A program made the translations under genes and the position numbers. The notes beneath the pieces are model-generated. The model did not search any database, was not told where the DNA came from, and saw nothing but the letters and a program-made list of their open reading frames with translations. Shown here piece by piece: positions 59,214 through 64,000 of a stretch of 64,000 nt of DNA (positions are counted from its first letter, which is position 1; every line of letters begins with the position of its first letter). The stretch is from Albugo candida (Eukaryota): the NCBI GenBank assembly GCA_040437565.1, contig JBDOQK010000035.1, forward strand, positions 186,001 to 250,000. The letters are read 5' to 3'.

Positions 59214-60665
59214 CTATTTGACAAATATGAAGGAATCATTCCCTGGAATGGCTACAAGCGTAATATACCGTATCAGGAAGGCTTTATACGAAGGAAAAGG
59301 TATAAAAGCGAGGAGTGTTAAAGAATGAGTTGAAAATACCAGTATAGTAAAACAACTTGTATTAATTACAATGATAGGTGACACTTGACTCAGTTGCAAC
59401 TGAATAGCTACTTCATACACTGATAATTCTTCAGCTTGATTTCCAGACCTTTCGCATGATTGCGTAATGACGTGATGGGGTCATTGTGAAGACGCGCATG
59501 ATGTCCATGAATTGTCGCTATATGATTGCAGTTGGTATTCCAAGCCGCTTGTATTCCAGTCCGGTACAAAATCCCGCTTCACGTCACTCTTCCAATTTTC
59601 ATTTGGAATCTTGTCCAAGTGCATTTGCAAAACTTCATTGTTGTATTCTGAATCCTTGATCTTGAGTTCCAGCATGTTCACATTCATCATCAATGACGTA
59701 ATGAGGTCATGTTCGAGATGTATTTAATGTCCATGAAGTGGAGCTCGTCGATAGGATTTTTTCGTTTCAGCTGCTTCGGTTGCGACTGCACCTTCTGAGT
59801 TGAGCTCTTTAACCGCTTTGATCGCGTCGAGGAATGCCAGCTGATTCTTCATACAATTCCTAAAGTCTTGAAGTACCGATCTTGACTTGACTGCCTCCAT
59901 TTCAAGCTCCACAATCTCCTCCATCATATTCCTCATCAAGTCCTGAACCTTGTCCTTGACTTGAGCATATCCAGCTTGAGCTGTTTCTGTTCATCCGTGA
60001 GTTGCTTCAACTGAAATCCATCCTCTTCGTGAGTCTTCATCGCATAGTCCAGCTTGCTTTGATACCGATCGCTGAGTTTTCGATTAGTGTCCAGCCTCTT
60101 TTCGAGTTCTTCGACATCCGTCTTGATTTTGCACACTTGTTCAGTGGCATCTTGGAGCTGAGTCGTTCTCTCCACCAATGCGCGTGATAACTGCGCGTTG
60201 TCTCGCTTCAGCCGCGCCACTTCGCTCTGACGCGGTTGAGTTGTCATGGTTGGAGCTGATCACACGACGGAAGCACGGGTCATCGTCGATGCCACAGCGG
60301 CACCCATCCTACGGACGGAATCAGTAACGGGAGTCATCACCGGAGATGCTCGTATTGTTGCAGTTGTTTTTGTCTCTGGAACGCGAGCCAGGGTCGACGT
60401 TCGTCCAGTTGAGATTTTTCGTGTTGAAGTTGTCCTCAGGACACGAGTCGTGGTCGCTACCGTTTCATTTCGTGGCGTGTTGGCTCGCATCGTTCGTGCC
60501 GTTGTCGTTGCCGTTGTTGTTGGTCGAGCTTGGCGCTGTCGCATTGGATTCCGCGCAGACGTCTCCATCGATGCTTCCCGCATCGCATACCCCCGACCCA
60601 CCGCCGACACGCTTCATGGTCGACGGTGTCACTTTTCTTGCTGTTGGAACCATATTTGTTGTCAT
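59214..60665 (-). pseudogene. Pseudogene of a T/R-rich plus coiled-coil protein
   Basis: ORFs 60260-60610 and 59936-60247 share a frame across a TGA. ORFs 59724-59939, 59481-59693 and 59214-59420 share a frame across TAA/TGA. Frameshifts lie near 60610 and 59940. Confidence 0.65.
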
Positions 60666-62317
60666 GATCTTTCGCACTCGCTGCATTCGTAATATTAGTT
60701 GACTTAGAACGAGTATGAGTGAGAAAAGCGGTACGTATACATTTTGCCCTGACCTCCCAAGTCTCTTAGCATGATGCTGCATGCTGATTGGAGATATCAC
60801 CTCATGGTACATGCAGGAATCTGAGGGAACGGAGTCGATATCGGCGTCGGTGCTTCGGATGATATCGATAGGTGTATTTCATTTGGTGTGTTCTTTTGCA
60901 CTGAGTGATCGATGCGAAGGACACACTGAATGGCACATCCTATCGATATGTGCAACTGATGCTTTTGGACATTGGCGCCGCTATTTTTAGATAATGTCGC
61001 GACGCAATGTACCGTGAATTCCAAAATTGGCGGCGGCTTGCACATTCAACTGCTTTGTGGATGGATCTATTGTATTAATGTATAGTCTGCAGATGTAATG
61101 GAAGTGAAATGTATTTCAGTTAAGTAACATGGTTAGAATGACACAAGGAATATATGCATGGAATTTATTTACATAAGTAATCGCAGTCTGTTCGCAAGTG
61201 CAACATGTACGAGTCAGCGCAAGGACATAGGAACGGATGAGACAGATGAGATCAGATTGCGCAGTTGTGTGGATTGAGTCGAGGAGGTCTTGTTTTTTTC
61301 GAGAAATTGAACGAGTAGTATACGATGAAAGTGTGGCGGCAAAATTCATCATGATGCGACCTGTACAAATCCACTTCCGCTTGCCGTTATATGAATCCGA
61401 CGTTGCTTGGTGAGAACAAAGACTTTTAACTCAGCCAGTACTCATGACAAAGTTCGACTTGTAAAGAGGAATCAGTTTGACAATCTCCAAACGGGTCGGT
61501 AAGTAGAACATGTCTCTGGTACGAAAGCGGCAATGAGCTCTATTAGTCATCTTGACGGGGTATGAGAACATCATCGGCAGCGCGTATCTATAACACTCGA
61601 TCGCGAATATTGAAACGAGCACCAATTGTCAGCATGTTGCAAATTATCTTGAACGCTTTAATCATACGATAAGCTTGTGACACACTCCATAGTACAAGTA
61701 GAACGCTGGGAGCATCAACTCGCCTATATGTTTGAGTCTTGACACTCGAAAGCAACAGCCAACTGACGTCATAGAATCAAGAGCAAGAGAAATGAATCTT
61801 TGTCTCCGAGTCACAAGCAGAAACTGACCTGAAGCTCTGCGGAGGAGTCAAAACAATGCTCTGCTCAATCACTTTGATTCGAAGAGGTTTCCGTGCGCAA
61901 AAACAATCCGTAGTGCGTTGTCGGAAAGTTTTGAAGTTCACTTGAACCGGGGTGACACAACCACATCAAGGATCTTGAAAAATCGACGCATTCGATTTGA
62001 TCTCTTCATTCTGCTTAAAATCCCACGTTTTTGTAATCCAGACAGTTCCATGATCGACAAAAGTTATGCTAGAAGAAGTGCATTGTGCGCGCTATCTTGC
62101 ATTTCTCAGCAGACGAAGACCTCCCTATAAATGTGAACAGAAATCTAATTCCGCCGGCAAAGGGAAAGTCGGAGTGTCAGTGATTGTATAGTTGTATATA
62201 CTAGTTTCTGATTCACGATAACCTCCATAAACATATTTATATCATACTCAACGCACCTCTGAAGATCTTTAACAAAACGGAAACAGCAATCATTCCTTCG
62301 TTGAACCTGCCGAAATA

Positions 62318-64000
62318 ATGACAGAGGAAGCGAATCCCAGCAATCTTTTCGAATGTCAAGCGATTTCCGAATCACAATCATTTAAAGAGAACAAGCAATC
62401 GGACGAGAAAGATATAGAGAATGCCATACACTCTGAGATGCCATCCACTTTAGTCAAAAAAACGTTAGGACGAGAAGATTTTGATCAACGAAGACGTTCG
62501 ACTGTGATTCCGTTTGATATTTCCTGTACGTGTTTGATAATATTGTTATAAATGCCATCTGATAAGTAAATCCATTCATTTGGACGCTATTAGCATTCAA
62601 TTCTTCCCGAAAAGCATTCACAAGAGCGAATACTTCCGGCGTAAATCGATTTCGAAACAAGGATGATGCAAGTGAGTCTCTTTGTCCAGATGGTCGTAGC
62701 TCAAATGGCGTGACAAAAGTACAATTGCAGTCGTCCGATGGCTCCACAGAACATGTTTCAACAGACAAGGGACCACCATGGAAGCATCTGATTCTCAAAA
62801 TGACTGCGGCCACCGATGAAGATCTCATAACAAGCTTTCGATTCACAGATAAAGGAGGTGGAATTGGAAGAGATACCGAAAATATTGCGAGTATTCCAGC
62901 AGATAAATCCCTCGCCAATCGAGATCACGCTCTTATTTTACATCGAGAAGATCGATTTTTCTTACGGAATGGAAATAATCAAAGCGGAACTTATGTACGA
63001 TTGACACCTTGTATGATGGAAGAAGAAAAATTGCAATGGCCACTTCTCAGAGATTGCTCTTTTCGATGCGGTAAATCCGATTTCGTGGTACTAAGTCATG
63101 ATGAGAATGCACAGACACTTGAGCTAGAAGCTGTCAGTGGGAAACTCGCCGGAGCCAAATTCAGTATTGACTGTCATGGTGGTGGAATTGGAAGGTCGAC
63201 GGAGAATGTTATTCATACTGGTGACGGTGAATTATCGAGAAAGCATGCGAAGATTATATTTGACGATCCAACTGCCAGATTCTACTTGTATGACTTGGAA
63301 TCGACGAATGGGACTTATATGCGACTTTGTGGTCCATATGACTTACCATTTCGACTCGAAAGCGGAGATGATTTGCTGATCTCACAGACGTGTTTAAGTG
63401 TCACTCATTTTGATTATGGTGTACATGAAAATATGGGAGCTCGAAAGTACATGGAGGACACGCACACTGTTATCCAAGATCTCCATATTGAATGTCTGAC
63501 AGAGCTGGGTTGGCATCCACAATCATATTTTGGTGTGTTTGATGGCCATGGCGGAGACCAAGCATCGAGTTTCATGAAGGAGCAACTTCATGTGACTATT
63601 GTTGACGAATTCTATCGACACAGAAATGTGTATGAGACGAAAGCACCGGACGCTGCTTCTGCTGTTATTTCAAATTTAGTGAAGAAGCAGATAGTGGCAG
63701 CTTTCGAAAGAACAGACAAGGATTTCCTAAAGGTATTGTGTGCTCTTCGTCTGAACCATTAGCTAAAGAAAAATAATCATGTAGAAATCTGATCGACCTC
63801 AAGCTGGCAGTACCGGAACCACAGTATTTATTGCCGGAAAGCGTTTGTTTGTGGCAAATGTAGGAGACTCGAGAACCATTTTGAGTCGTTCCGGTGAAGC
63901 TGTGCCGTTATCGAATGACCATAAACCAAATCGGCCCGATGAAGCCCAACGAATACGCGATATTGGAGGCTTTGTTATTCATGGCCGAATCATGGGCGAG
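62318..64000 (+). CDS. Tandem-FHA-domain PP2C phosphatase (KAPP-like architecture); runs off the window end
   Basis: FHA1 GIGRD..DHA..NQSGTYV, FHA2 GIGRS..LSRKHAKI..DLESTNGTY, and PP2C GARKYMED, VFDGHGG, GSTGT, ANVGDSR, DHKPNRPDE. Confidence 0.9.

Noticed and set aside
60465-60812. Secreted Asn/Gly-rich protein ORF
   Set aside because: It is an alternative frame over the frameshifted coiled-coil pseudogene, with stops downstream.
10323-63379. Numerous 60-190 aa ORFs antisense to or overlapping well-supported genes, and ORFs spanning N gaps
   Set aside because: These are shadow ORFs or gap artefacts with no motifs.

Overview
Eukaryotic DNA from a compact oomycete genome, most consistent with Albugo (white rust). 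This is inferred from the short GT-AG introns, tiny intergenic spacers, an elicitin-like gene, a secreted tyrosinase and TTTAGGG telomere-type motifs. It is a scaffold with 100-N gaps, several flanked by duplicated contig ends. Gene-dense housekeeping blocks lie at about 1-3.5 kb, 10-19.4 kb and 40-64 kb: DNA pol delta, SURF2, choline transporter-like, UBC-UBA, UBX, Sua5, Tctex-1, MYB, Sec63, Nbp35, two PP2Cs, a cyclin, a BT1 transporter, tyrosinase and TPP2. They alternate with gene-poor blocks (about 3.7-10 kb and 19.6-40 kb) full of secreted-protein genes and their decayed remnants. Most notable: (1) a stand-alone Trl1/Rnl1-type RNA ligase gene with all catalytic motifs but no kinase or phosphodiesterase domains; (2) a three-member family of secreted pepsin-fold proteins lacking the DTG/DSG catalytic motifs, with a shared upstream block; (3) a tRNA-like Pol III SINE composite with a 16-bp target-site duplication that splits the signal peptide of a secreted-protein gene; (4) a ~600-bp foldback-like element built from 21-bp repeats and telomere-like spacers. 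All family assignments come from motif recognition by eye, with no database searches.
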